Positions 48,526 through 56,713 of a stretch of 58,576 nt of DNA are shown here, piece after piece. The DNA lies in the NCBI GenBank assembly GCA_041630155.1, contig JBFKLX010000004.1, positions 1-58,576 of the forward strand, read 5' to 3'. Position 1 is the first letter of the stretch; each line of letters opens with the position of its first letter. The stretch comes from Acidobacteriota bacterium (GTDB lineage Bacteria; Acidobacteriota; UBA6911; RPQK01; JANQFM01). The notes beneath the pieces were generated by a model. The model saw only the letters and a program-made list of their open reading frames with translations, was not told where the DNA came from and did no database searches. The position numbers and the translations under genes are program-made.

Positions 48526-49395
48526 TCATCTGGCGCGGGCACGGCCCACGACGTAACTCTGGCAGCTCTCCAGGTCCTTGAAGAAGTGGCCCTCTCGGAA
48601 ACACTGCGCAAACTCCCTGCTGAACCCGATTCCGAACAACAGCATGGGGATCTGGTAGGAGTGAGCCACGCGAGCCAGTTCCGCGACGTCCTCAGCCAGG
48701 GGGTTGAGTTTGCGGTTGGACACCAGGCAGACCAGGTTGACCGGTTCGACCCGCACCATCTCGGCCACGTGGGCGAAGGCCAGTCCCGCGCCCAGATTCA
48801 GGCATTCGTAGCCCTCGGCCAGCAGGAGCCGTCCGAGCCCGTTGAGCGCCAGGGGACGCCGCCGGTCCAGGGAGGCGCACAACCCCATCTGGTCTTCTTC
48901 CGGCCGCCAGGCGGCGTCGGCAAAGAGGCGCGCCAGAGCCTCTTCCAGGTTGTTTCGAATCAACTGGGCCTGGCTGAGCAGAATGGTTTGCTGCTGCAGC
49001 CTTTCGCGAACCTGACGGTCGACGGGAAGGACCAGGCGGTCGTACAATTCCGAGAGGGTCGCTCCCTCGAGGTAGACCTTCTGGAGCATCTCGAGCAATG
49101 GCCCGCGCTGATTGTTGGCGGCGGCCTGGAGCAATGCCTCTCGCCAGTCTTCGAGAGGGCGCACCGGCGAGACGATCTCCTCCTCCGGCTCCTCCCAGTG
49201 CCGCATCTTGATCAGACCGGTGGCCTTGAATCCGTGCTCCTGCTGAAACCTTCGGATGTCTGGAAGCATGAAGCGCCGGTGACCCCCAGGAGTGCGGTGG
49301 CAGGGCAGGAGTTCCGAATCGGCCCACCGCTTGATGGTCGACTCGCTGACGTTCCACATTTGGGCAAGTTCACGGGTGGAGAAAGCACGGCTCAT
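48526..49395 (-). CDS. MerR/excisionase-type HTH regulator with degenerate CarH-like cobalamin-binding domain
   Basis: STRELAQMWNVSESTIKRWAD..RTPGGHRRF, then a four-helix region and a Rossmann-like domain (GYECLNLG). Confidence 0.75.
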   Translation of the reverse strand: MSRAFSTRELAQMWNVSESTIKRWADSELLPCHRTPGGHRRFMLPDIRRFQQEHGFKATGLIKMRHWEEPEEEIVSPVRPLEDWREALLQAAANNQRGPLLEMLQKVYLEGATLSELYDRLVLPVDRQVRERLQQQTILLSQAQLIRNNLEEALARLFADAAWRPEEDQMGLCASLDRRRPLALNGLGRLLLAEGYECLNLGAGLAFAHVAEMVRVEPVNLVCLVSNRKLNPLAEDVAELARVAHSYQIPMLLFGIGFSREFAQCFREGHFFKDLESCQSYVVGRARAR

Positions 49396-49410
49396 GGAAA
49401 AAAACGAATC

Positions 49411-49420
49411 TTGAATTCAA
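49411..49420. promoter_or_regulatory. Palindrome TTGAATTCAA, candidate operator
   Basis: Perfect 10-bp inverted repeat 15 nt upstream of the regulator start, in an AT-rich patch. Confidence 0.35.
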
Positions 49421-49604
49421 AATGATCGAGCAACCCCGGCCCCGGCTTCTGCTGGACTGACTGCGAATCATAGAGGCTGCCCGATGGGAAGTCAATTCTT
49501 TCGCTTCCCGTTTCGGGCAAAGGTTTGCGAGAGGGATGCGATAACCGCGGCCCTGCCCGGCGATGCCGTGTCGCCGGCTGAGCCCGTTGTTGTAAACTAG
49601 CGGG

Positions 49605-50756
49605 ATGTTAGCCGAGAGATACTTCCATCTGTCACTCTTTGCCGCCTTGGCGCTGTTCGGCCTCGCCGGAACGGCCTGCCTTCGCGCCGCTGAATCGCTT
49701 CCTCTGGCGAAGCTGAAACTGCCTCCCGGTTTTCAGATCGACTTGTATGCCACAGGGGTCAAGAACGCCCGATCCATGGTCCGCAGTCCTGAGGGGACTC
49801 TTTACGTCGGCACCCGGCGAGAGGGTAAGGTCTATGCTCTCGTCGATGCGGACGGCGACCATCGAGCGGATCGAGTGCATCTGCTCGACTCCGACCTGAA
49901 GATGCCCAACGGTGTTGCCTTTCGTGACGGCTCCCTGTTCGTGGCCGAGGTCGACAAGATTCTGCGTTACGACAACATCGAAAAGCGGCTGGCCGATCCC
50001 CCGGAACCGGTCGTGGTCTACTCGGGCTATCCCGGCGAGACTCATCACGGTTGGAAGTTCATCGCCTTCGGCCCGGACGGAAAGCTGTACGTTCCCGTGG
50101 GGGCCCCCTGCAACATCTGTGAGAGTCCCCAGGACGAACGCTTCGCCTCCATCACTCGACTGGAGGCCGATGGCACGGGTCTGGAGGTCTTCGCGTACGG
50201 CGTGCGCAACACGGTCGGCTTCAGCTGGCATCCCGAGACGGGAGAGATGTGGTTCACGGACAACGGCCGAGATCATTTGGGGGATGACCAGCCCCCGGAC
50301 GAGTTGAACCGGGCGCCGCGGGCAGGGATGCATTTCGGCTACCCCTACTGCCACGGCGAGGATATCGCGGATCCGGAATTCGGCCACGAGCGTTCCTGCT
50401 CGGAATTCGAGCCTCCCGCCCAGAATCTCGGTCCACACGTGGCTGCGCTGGGGCTGGAGTTTTACACCGGCGAGATGTTTCCCGGCGATTACAGAGGCCA
50501 GATGTTCATCGCTGAGCACGGCTCCTGGAATCGCTCCGTGCCAATCGGATACCGGGTGACACTGGCCCGGCTGGAGAACTCCGAAAAGGTCCGCAGCTAC
50601 GAGGTCTTCGCCGAGGGTTGGCTGCAGGGTGACGAGGCCTGGGGGCGGCCCGTGGACCTGCTGCAGTTGCCCGATGGGTCGCTGCTGCTGTCCGACGACA
50701 AGGCCGGCGTGATCTATCGCATCAGCTACGACGCAGCTGCGATCTCCAGCCCGTGA
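49605..50756 (+). CDS. PQQ-dependent sugar / L-sorbosone dehydrogenase family protein
   Basis: Signal peptide; HGWKFIAFGPDGKLY, GVRNTVG, PPDELN, AEHGSWNR, GRPVD. Confidence 0.92.
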   Translation: MLAERYFHLSLFAALALFGLAGTACLRAAESLPLAKLKLPPGFQIDLYATGVKNARSMVRSPEGTLYVGTRREGKVYALVDADGDHRADRVHLLDSDLKMPNGVAFRDGSLFVAEVDKILRYDNIEKRLADPPEPVVVYSGYPGETHHGWKFIAFGPDGKLYVPVGAPCNICESPQDERFASITRLEADGTGLEVFAYGVRNTVGFSWHPETGEMWFTDNGRDHLGDDQPPDELNRAPRAGMHFGYPYCHGEDIADPEFGHERSCSEFEPPAQNLGPHVAALGLEFYTGEMFPGDYRGQMFIAEHGSWNRSVPIGYRVTLARLENSEKVRSYEVFAEGWLQGDEAWGRPVDLLQLPDGSLLLSDDKAGVIYRISYDAAAISSP

Positions 50757-50763
50757 TACCGGG

Positions 50764-51210
50764 TCAATCCCTCTCGAGCGCGCGCTTGGTCGTCCATTTC
50801 CGGTAGGTGAAGAGCCCCAGCAGCGGGATCTTGCCGAACATCAGTCGGCTCAGCCAGCCTCTCCAGCCGGAAGGATATTCGTACTCGATGTGCTCCCAAA
50901 TCAAGGTGCGGTCACTCTCCTGGGGAATGAACGAGTGGGTGTGGCGCCAACGTTGCAGCGGGCCTTCCACCTGAACGTCGGTGAAACCGTGATCCGACAC
51001 CTCCTCGTGGCGCGCTTTCCATTCCATGGCCAGCGGACCGAGGCCCACAGCGAAGGAGGCGACCATCCCCTCTTGCATGTTCCCAAACTCGTGGAGTCGA
51101 ACACTCAAGGGTGGGGGTGTCAGGGTGCTCAACACTTCCGGACTCGAGTGGAATTCCCGCACTCGCGCCAGCGGGGCGGACACCGTGAAGCGAAAATCGA
51201 AGACCGGCAT
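50764..51210 (-). CDS. SRPBCC (cyclase/ligand-binding) family protein
   Basis: APLARVREFH, LTPP, FTDVQVEGPLQRWRHTHSF. Confidence 0.85.
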   Translation of the reverse strand: MPVFDFRFTVSAPLARVREFHSSPEVLSTLTPPPLSVRLHEFGNMQEGMVASFAVGLGPLAMEWKARHEEVSDHGFTDVQVEGPLQRWRHTHSFIPQESDRTLIWEHIEYEYPSGWRGWLSRLMFGKIPLLGLFTYRKWTTKRALERD

Positions 51211-51256
51211 GTGTCCCAGTATAGATGGGGATCTGCGGCAGTGTAGAATCGCAGCA

Positions 51257-51892
51257 ATGGAGCGACACTGGGAGCAACTCGCCGGAGACGTGGCACGGGC
51301 CGTGGGGGTCATTCGCGCCGGAGGCGTCCTCCTCTCTCCCACCGACACGGTCTACGGGTTGGCTTGTGACCCCTTTTCGCACGAGGCTGTCCGGAAGGTT
51401 CTCGAGCTGAAAGGGAGGGAAGAAGAGAAAGGGTTCTTATTGCTGATCGGAGATCCGACGCAGGCAGCTCTCCTGGCTGCGCTGCCGCCTCGCTTCGAGG
51501 AGCTGGCCCGGCGGCTCTGGCCAGGGCCCGTGACGCTCCTGCTGCCCGCCCTGCCGGAGGTGCCCGTCTCGATCGCGGGGCAGCAGGGGAAGATCGGCTT
51601 GCGTATCCCACGAGACCCCTTCTGGGAGCGAGTACTCGGCGAATGGGGGAAGCCCGTCCTGTCCACCAGCGCCAACCGGTCGGGCCAGCCGGCGCCGCAG
51701 ACCCTGGCCGAACTGCGAGCTCTCTTTGCGGAGGAGGTCGACCTCTTTCTCGCCGGCGGCGAACCGGTCGCCAAGCCCCCCTCCACGGTCGTCGACCTGA
51801 CGGCGCGTCCGGGCCGCATCGTGCGAGCCGGGAGTCGCGTCGAGACAGTCGAGCGGTGCCTGCGGATGTGGGAAGAGGGAGCTCCCGAGTAA
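51257..51892 (+). CDS. tsaC: L-threonylcarbamoyladenylate synthase (TsaC/YrdC)
   Basis: PTDTVYGLAC, LKGR, WPGPVT, LSTSANRSG, PSTVVD. Confidence 0.92.
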   Translation: MERHWEQLAGDVARAVGVIRAGGVLLSPTDTVYGLACDPFSHEAVRKVLELKGREEEKGFLLLIGDPTQAALLAALPPRFEELARRLWPGPVTLLLPALPEVPVSIAGQQGKIGLRIPRDPFWERVLGEWGKPVLSTSANRSGQPAPQTLAELRALFAEEVDLFLAGGEPVAKPPSTVVDLTARPGRIVRAGSRVETVERCLRMWEEGAPE

Positions 51893-51918
51893 AACACAGG
51901 CAGGGGAGCGGCACCAAG

Positions 51919-52617
51919 CTAGTCCAACAGAAAACTCAGGTCCGAACCCGGCGGATACTCCTCAGGGTCCATCCCCTTCCGGAAGAGGCGGGCCGGAGTC
52001 GTGCCCCCCAGCTCGAGTCTGGGCCCCTCCCGCCGGAGCCAGCACCCTTCACGCAAGCCGAGCACGGGAACATCGTGAATTTCGTGGAACTCCCCGATCC
52101 GCTGCGCGCGCGTTTCGCCCTGGTGACGCGACTGGGGGGCGGGGTCCAGATAATGGGGGTTGATCTGAAAACTGACCAGACCCAGAGCGTCGAAACTGGG
52201 AGGGTAGACGATGGGCATGTCGTTGGTAGTCTTGATGGTGGGGCAGGCCACGTTGCTCCCGGCGCTGGAGCCGATGTAGGGCCGGCCGGCTCGCACGGCC
52301 TCCCGGACTCGTTCCAGCCAGCCGCTCCGATAGAGCTGATCGAGGAGGCGAAAGGTGTTGCCGCCACCGATGAAGACGGCCTCGGCCCACTCCAACGCTG
52401 CCCGGGGATCCTCCCATTCCTGAACGCCGCGCACTTCCAGCCGTTGTTGCTCGAGGCGGTGGCGGACCTGGGCCGTGTAGGCCTCCCAGTCGGCGATCGC
52501 GAAGGGAACGAAGAGAACTCGGATGCGCGACTCCAGGAAGTGCCCGATCGCTTCGCTGCAGTGGTCCAGGTACCCTCCACCGTACTGGGTGGAGTTGCTG
52601 ATCAATAACAGTTGCAT
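51919..52617 (-). CDS. pepE: Dipeptidase E (S51)
   Basis: LLISNSTQYG, IGGGNTF, GSSAGSN, INPHY, HQGETR, GLREG. Confidence 0.95.
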   Translation of the reverse strand: MQLLLISNSTQYGGGYLDHCSEAIGHFLESRIRVLFVPFAIADWEAYTAQVRHRLEQQRLEVRGVQEWEDPRAALEWAEAVFIGGGNTFRLLDQLYRSGWLERVREAVRAGRPYIGSSAGSNVACPTIKTTNDMPIVYPPSFDALGLVSFQINPHYLDPAPQSRHQGETRAQRIGEFHEIHDVPVLGLREGCWLRREGPRLELGGTTPARLFRKGMDPEEYPPGSDLSFLLD

Positions 52618-52669
52618 GGTACGCGGACCCGATCGGACGGCGGCTCAGGTTCTCCGGCTCTTGGTGCGC

Positions 52670-53584
52670 TCACGGCTTCGCTCGAGCCTGGTCTCCCGCG
52701 GCAACTTGCTCCGGCGGGGCTTTCCCCTCCTTGCCGGCGGTGTGCTGCGCAAGGATTTTTCGCACGAACTGTTGTTTTTCGCTGCGCCGGTGGACGCCTT
52801 TTTGCAGCGCGATCAACTCGGCCATCACGCTGACCGCGATCTCTTCCGGGGTCTCCGAACCGATCTCCAATCCGATCGGAGCGTAAAGGCTCTCGAAGGC
52901 CGCCGGCGGATACCCCTTTTCGAGGAGACTCTCGACCAGGATCCCGATCTTGCGTCGGCTGCCGACCAGGCCCACGTAGCGGGCCGGAACCCGGATGGCG
53001 CCCTCCAGAGCGACCTGATCGTGGCTGTGGCCCCGGGTGACGATCAGAATGAACGTTTCCGAATGCGTCTTCAGATTTTCGAGCCCCTGTTCGAAGGGCT
53101 GGACCAGGACCTCTTCCACTCCAGGAAACCGCTCCGGGTCGGCAAAGTTTTCACGATCGTCGATCACCGTAATGCGGAAGCCCAGTGGCTGAGCGGCACG
53201 AGCCACCGCCAGACCGACATGGCCGGCCCCCAGGATCACCAGTCGCGGTTCGGGTAGGATCGGTTCCACGAACACCTCCACGGAGCCCCCACACACCAGT
53301 CCCTCACGGGAGGCGTCCTCTTGCGTGAGCTGATAGCGCAGCACTTCAGCACGCCGCCCTTCCAGGACCCTGCGCGCCGCCTGCCAGATTTCGGCCTCCA
53401 CGCATCCGCCCCCCACGGACCCCAGGGACGTGCCGTCCCGGCGGATCAGCATCTTGGCGTGATCCTTGCGAGGGGTACTCCCCACCCTGCGGACAATCGT
53501 CGCCAGCGCTGCAGGCTCGCCCAGGCGGCGCAGGCGGACGATCTCCTCGTAAAGGTCGGGACAAAACCACTGTTGATCGGCCAC
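52670..53584 (-). CDS. XdhC/CoxI family molybdenum cofactor insertion chaperone
   Basis: GSTPR, GSVGGGCVE, GLVCGG, GAGHVG, TRGHSHD, GSRRK, GSETPEEIAVS. Confidence 0.92.
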   Translation of the reverse strand: MADQQWFCPDLYEEIVRLRRLGEPAALATIVRRVGSTPRKDHAKMLIRRDGTSLGSVGGGCVEAEIWQAARRVLEGRRAEVLRYQLTQEDASREGLVCGGSVEVFVEPILPEPRLVILGAGHVGLAVARAAQPLGFRITVIDDRENFADPERFPGVEEVLVQPFEQGLENLKTHSETFILIVTRGHSHDQVALEGAIRVPARYVGLVGSRRKIGILVESLLEKGYPPAAFESLYAPIGLEIGSETPEEIAVSVMAELIALQKGVHRRSEKQQFVRKILAQHTAGKEGKAPPEQVAAGDQARAKP

Positions 53585-53697
53585 TTCTACTCCTCGTGCT
53601 GTTCCTGCTCAGATCCAGATTCCCCGTTGGATCGGCGAATCGTTCGGGGGATCCGTTCCCGGCCTCTTCGCACTGCATCAGATCTCATCCGGCTCTC

Positions 53698-55146
53698 TCA
53701 TTCTACCGAATGCCGAAGGGGGACTGCTTCGTGGACCTCCAGACTGCCGGCCCGGTAGGAGTCATGCGTCATGCGGGCCACGACCCGGCTGAGCAGCAGC
53801 AGGGCGATCAGGTTGGGAAACGCCATGGAGGCATTGCAGATGTCCCCCAGGTTCTTGACGATGGGAGAGTACGGGCCCGTGAAGAAAGCCCCGGCGAACA
53901 GAAGCAGCACGAACAGCACACGGTAAGGCTTGACGATTTTCAAGCCGAACAGGTACTCGAAGCAGATCTGACCGTAGTAGCTCCACCCGATCAGTGTTGT
54001 AAATCCGAAGATCAGTGAGCCGAAGACGGGGATCAGGCCTCCCCAGCCGGCAATCGCCTCGGGCATGCCGATATTGAAGGCGCGAACCGTCAGGTTGGCG
54101 TCCTGCAACTCTCCTCCCAGGAAGGTCGCCTCCTGATAGGCCCCGGAGACGGTAATGGCCAGTGCTGTCAGCGAGCAGACCACGATCGTGTCGATGAAGG
54201 TTCCCATCATGGCCACCGTCCCCTGGGCAACTGGAAAACGGGTCCGGGCGGCGCCGTGAGCGATGGCTGCGCTTCCCAGGCCCGACTCGTTGGACAGCAC
54301 GCCCCGAGCCACACCGAAGCGGATCGCCTGTTGAATCCCGATCCCCACGGCCCCGCCGAAGGCCGCCTGGGGGCTGAAGGCCGATTCCACGATCAACGCA
54401 ATCGCTCCGGGGATCGAAGTCAGGTTGGTGAAGATCACTCCCAGAGTGCCCAGGAAATAGAAGACGATCATCGAAGGAACCATCTTCTCGGCCACCCGCC
54501 CGATGCGCTTGATGCCGCCCAGAATCACCAGGCCCACACCGACGCTGACGACCAGGCCGGTGATCCACGGTTCGATGCCGAACTGCTGCTCGGTGGCCGT
54601 GGCGATCTGCTGGGACTGAAACATGTTCCCGGTGCCGAACAATGCGGTGATGCCCCCGCAAACGGCGAAAAACGCTCCGAGGAAGGCCCCCAGCCGGTTG
54701 CCGATGCCATACTTGCAGTAATACATCGGCCCGCCGGCCATCGTCCCGTCTTCCATGCGCAATCGAAACCGAATCGCCAGAACCGCTTCGGCGTATTTGG
54801 TGGCCATCCCGAAGACCGCGGTGATCCACATCCAGAAAACCGCCCCGGGGCCCCCGGTGGCGATCGCCGTTGCGACGCCGGCGATATTTCCGTTTCCCAC
54901 CGTCGCCGACAGGGCAGTCATCAGCGCTTGAAACGGGCTGATGTCCCCCTCCGCCTCCGACCCCGGGGCGCGGGAGCCGGTCAGGACCAGTCGCACAGCT
55001 TTGGAGAAGTTCCGAATCTGCACGAATCCGGTCTTCCACGACAACAGGAGCCCGGTACCGAACAGCAGCACGACCATCGGAACTCCCCAGATGAAATCGG
55101 AAGCGGTGGTGGTCAGCGACAGCAATGATTCCAAGAGTCCATTCAT
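53698..55146 (-). CDS. Alanine/glycine:cation symporter (AGCS)
   Basis: ALSATVGNGNIAGVATA, GGPGAVFWMW, GGPMYY, RGVLSNESGLGS, FIDTIVVCSLT, MAFPNLIAL. Confidence 0.95.
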   Translation of the reverse strand: MNGLLESLLSLTTTASDFIWGVPMVVLLFGTGLLLSWKTGFVQIRNFSKAVRLVLTGSRAPGSEAEGDISPFQALMTALSATVGNGNIAGVATAIATGGPGAVFWMWITAVFGMATKYAEAVLAIRFRLRMEDGTMAGGPMYYCKYGIGNRLGAFLGAFFAVCGGITALFGTGNMFQSQQIATATEQQFGIEPWITGLVVSVGVGLVILGGIKRIGRVAEKMVPSMIVFYFLGTLGVIFTNLTSIPGAIALIVESAFSPQAAFGGAVGIGIQQAIRFGVARGVLSNESGLGSAAIAHGAARTRFPVAQGTVAMMGTFIDTIVVCSLTALAITVSGAYQEATFLGGELQDANLTVRAFNIGMPEAIAGWGGLIPVFGSLIFGFTTLIGWSYYGQICFEYLFGLKIVKPYRVLFVLLLFAGAFFTGPYSPIVKNLGDICNASMAFPNLIALLLLSRVVARMTHDSYRAGSLEVHEAVPLRHSVE

Positions 55147-55301
55147 GCTTGCTCCTCGTAGCGCGTCTCTTCTGCCACGGCCGCGATCCTAACAGGGAGG
55201 GCTCGGGAATTTCCAGTTCGGGCCCGGGCGAGGGTTCTCCGCCGCCGGCGCGAGAGAGAAGAGACGCGCCCCCGGATCACGAGGACTCGCTCACTGTCGC
55301 T

Positions 55302-56306
55302 CTACGGCGCGGGGCTCCCGTCCGTTCTGGAAGCGTCGGACGGATCGTCGTCCTCCGACCCCTCGCGGACCAGGTAGGTCGGCTTTCCTTGGGATTCGTG
55401 GTAGGTGCGGACGATCAGTTCGGTCATCAAGCCGAACAGGATCAGCTGGATTCCCACCAGGAGGAAGAAGACAGACAGAAGGAGCAGGGGATTCCGATGC
55501 GCTTTCACGGCTTCGAAAAACTTCTGGTAGAGCGTGACGACGCTCAGGAGAGTCCCGATCGCCATCGAGAGGCTTCCCAGGCCGCCGAACAGGTACATCG
55601 GCTTGGTCGAGTAGCTGCCCAGGAACTTGATCGTCATGAGGTCCAAAGGCACCTTGAAGGTTCGCAGCAGGCCGTACTTGGAGCGGCCCCGGTAGCGGGG
55701 ATGGTGGCGCACGGGGAGCTCGGCCACGCGGGCTCCGGCCCAGTGGGCAAAGATCGGAATGAAACGGTGCATCTCACCATAGAGCCGGACGTGCCTGAGA
55801 ATCTCGCGGCGGTAGCCCTTCAAGGTACAGCCGAAGTCGTGCAGGCGGACGCCGCTCATCCAACTGATCAACCGGTTGGCGACGCGCGAGGGCCAGACCC
55901 GCATCCACGAGTCCTGGCGGTTCTGGCGCCAGCAGCTGACCACGTCATAGCCCTCGTGCAGCTTCTCGAGGATGCGGGGAATGTCCTGGGGGTCGTTTTG
56001 CAAATCAGCGTCCAGCGGAATGATGACCTTTCCGCGGGAATGATCGAAGCCGGCCGACATGGCCGCGGTCTGTCCGTAGTTCCGGACCAGCTCGAGGATC
56101 CGCAGGCGGGGATCGCCGCTGGCCAGCTCCCGCAGCAGCCGGGTGCTTCCGTCCGTGCTGCCGTCGTCGATCAGAATGATTTCGAACGAATGTCCCAGGG
56201 ACTCCAAGACCTGGCACAGATCGCTGTAGAGGATCGGCAGGTTGTCACGTTCGTTGTAGACGGGAACCATCACCGAGAGCAGAGGCGACTCGGCTGGCCG
56301 CGGCAT
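55302..56306 (-). CDS. GT2 glycosyltransferase (ArnC/polyprenol-phosphate glycosyltransferase-like)
   Basis: VPVYNE, DDGSTDGS, RNYGQTAA, DADLQNDP, DFGCTLKGYR; two C-terminal TM helices. Start at 56306 or 56372. Confidence 0.92.
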   Translation of the reverse strand: MPRPAESPLLSVMVPVYNERDNLPILYSDLCQVLESLGHSFEIILIDDGSTDGSTRLLRELASGDPRLRILELVRNYGQTAAMSAGFDHSRGKVIIPLDADLQNDPQDIPRILEKLHEGYDVVSCWRQNRQDSWMRVWPSRVANRLISWMSGVRLHDFGCTLKGYRREILRHVRLYGEMHRFIPIFAHWAGARVAELPVRHHPRYRGRSKYGLLRTFKVPLDLMTIKFLGSYSTKPMYLFGGLGSLSMAIGTLLSVVTLYQKFFEAVKAHRNPLLLLSVFFLLVGIQLILFGLMTELIVRTYHESQGKPTYLVREGSEDDDPSDASRTDGSPAP

Positions 56307-56472
56307 GGCCCGAGAGTCGGTCTGGGATTCCCGGAGAGATTCCAAACCCATTCCCCTCACGCCCTCTTCCATGCAGATCGCTCCAGCCTAATCCATCCGA
56401 AAAGTCCGCGCAGAGTATACACCTCACTATCGGGAAACCTCCAACTCGTCGTCGGGCCGAAGGGAGAGAAGA

Positions 56473-56606
56473 GGACAGGAGGGAGCCGCCGCGGGAGGCA
56501 ACTCTTCGCTCGGTCGCATCGGATGCTGCGAGCCGAGAGAAGTCTGCCCCTGGGTGGGTTGGGGTTTGGAGGAGCGGTTCCAAATCCGCGGCACCCCATC
56601 CTGTCC
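56473..56606 (+). ncRNA. Unassigned highly structured intergenic element (candidate ncRNA or repeat)
   Basis: Nested complementary segments GGACAGGA/TCCTGTCC and GCCGCGG/CCGCGGC enclose two hairpins. Strand inferred from a single G-U pair. Confidence 0.4.
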
Positions 56607-56713
56607 AAGTGGGTCTAGAGAGGACTAACGAGGGCGGGAAGAGAAGCGAACCAGTGGAGCAGGTTTTTTTGGGCGGAAATCACCCGCAGCCGGAGCCGCT
56701 CGCTCCCGAGACT

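Noticed and set aside
55147-55300. Glycine riboswitch upstream of the AGCS gene
   Set aside because: Only weak GGAGA/CCGAA fragments; no CTCTCAGG core or tandem aptamer.
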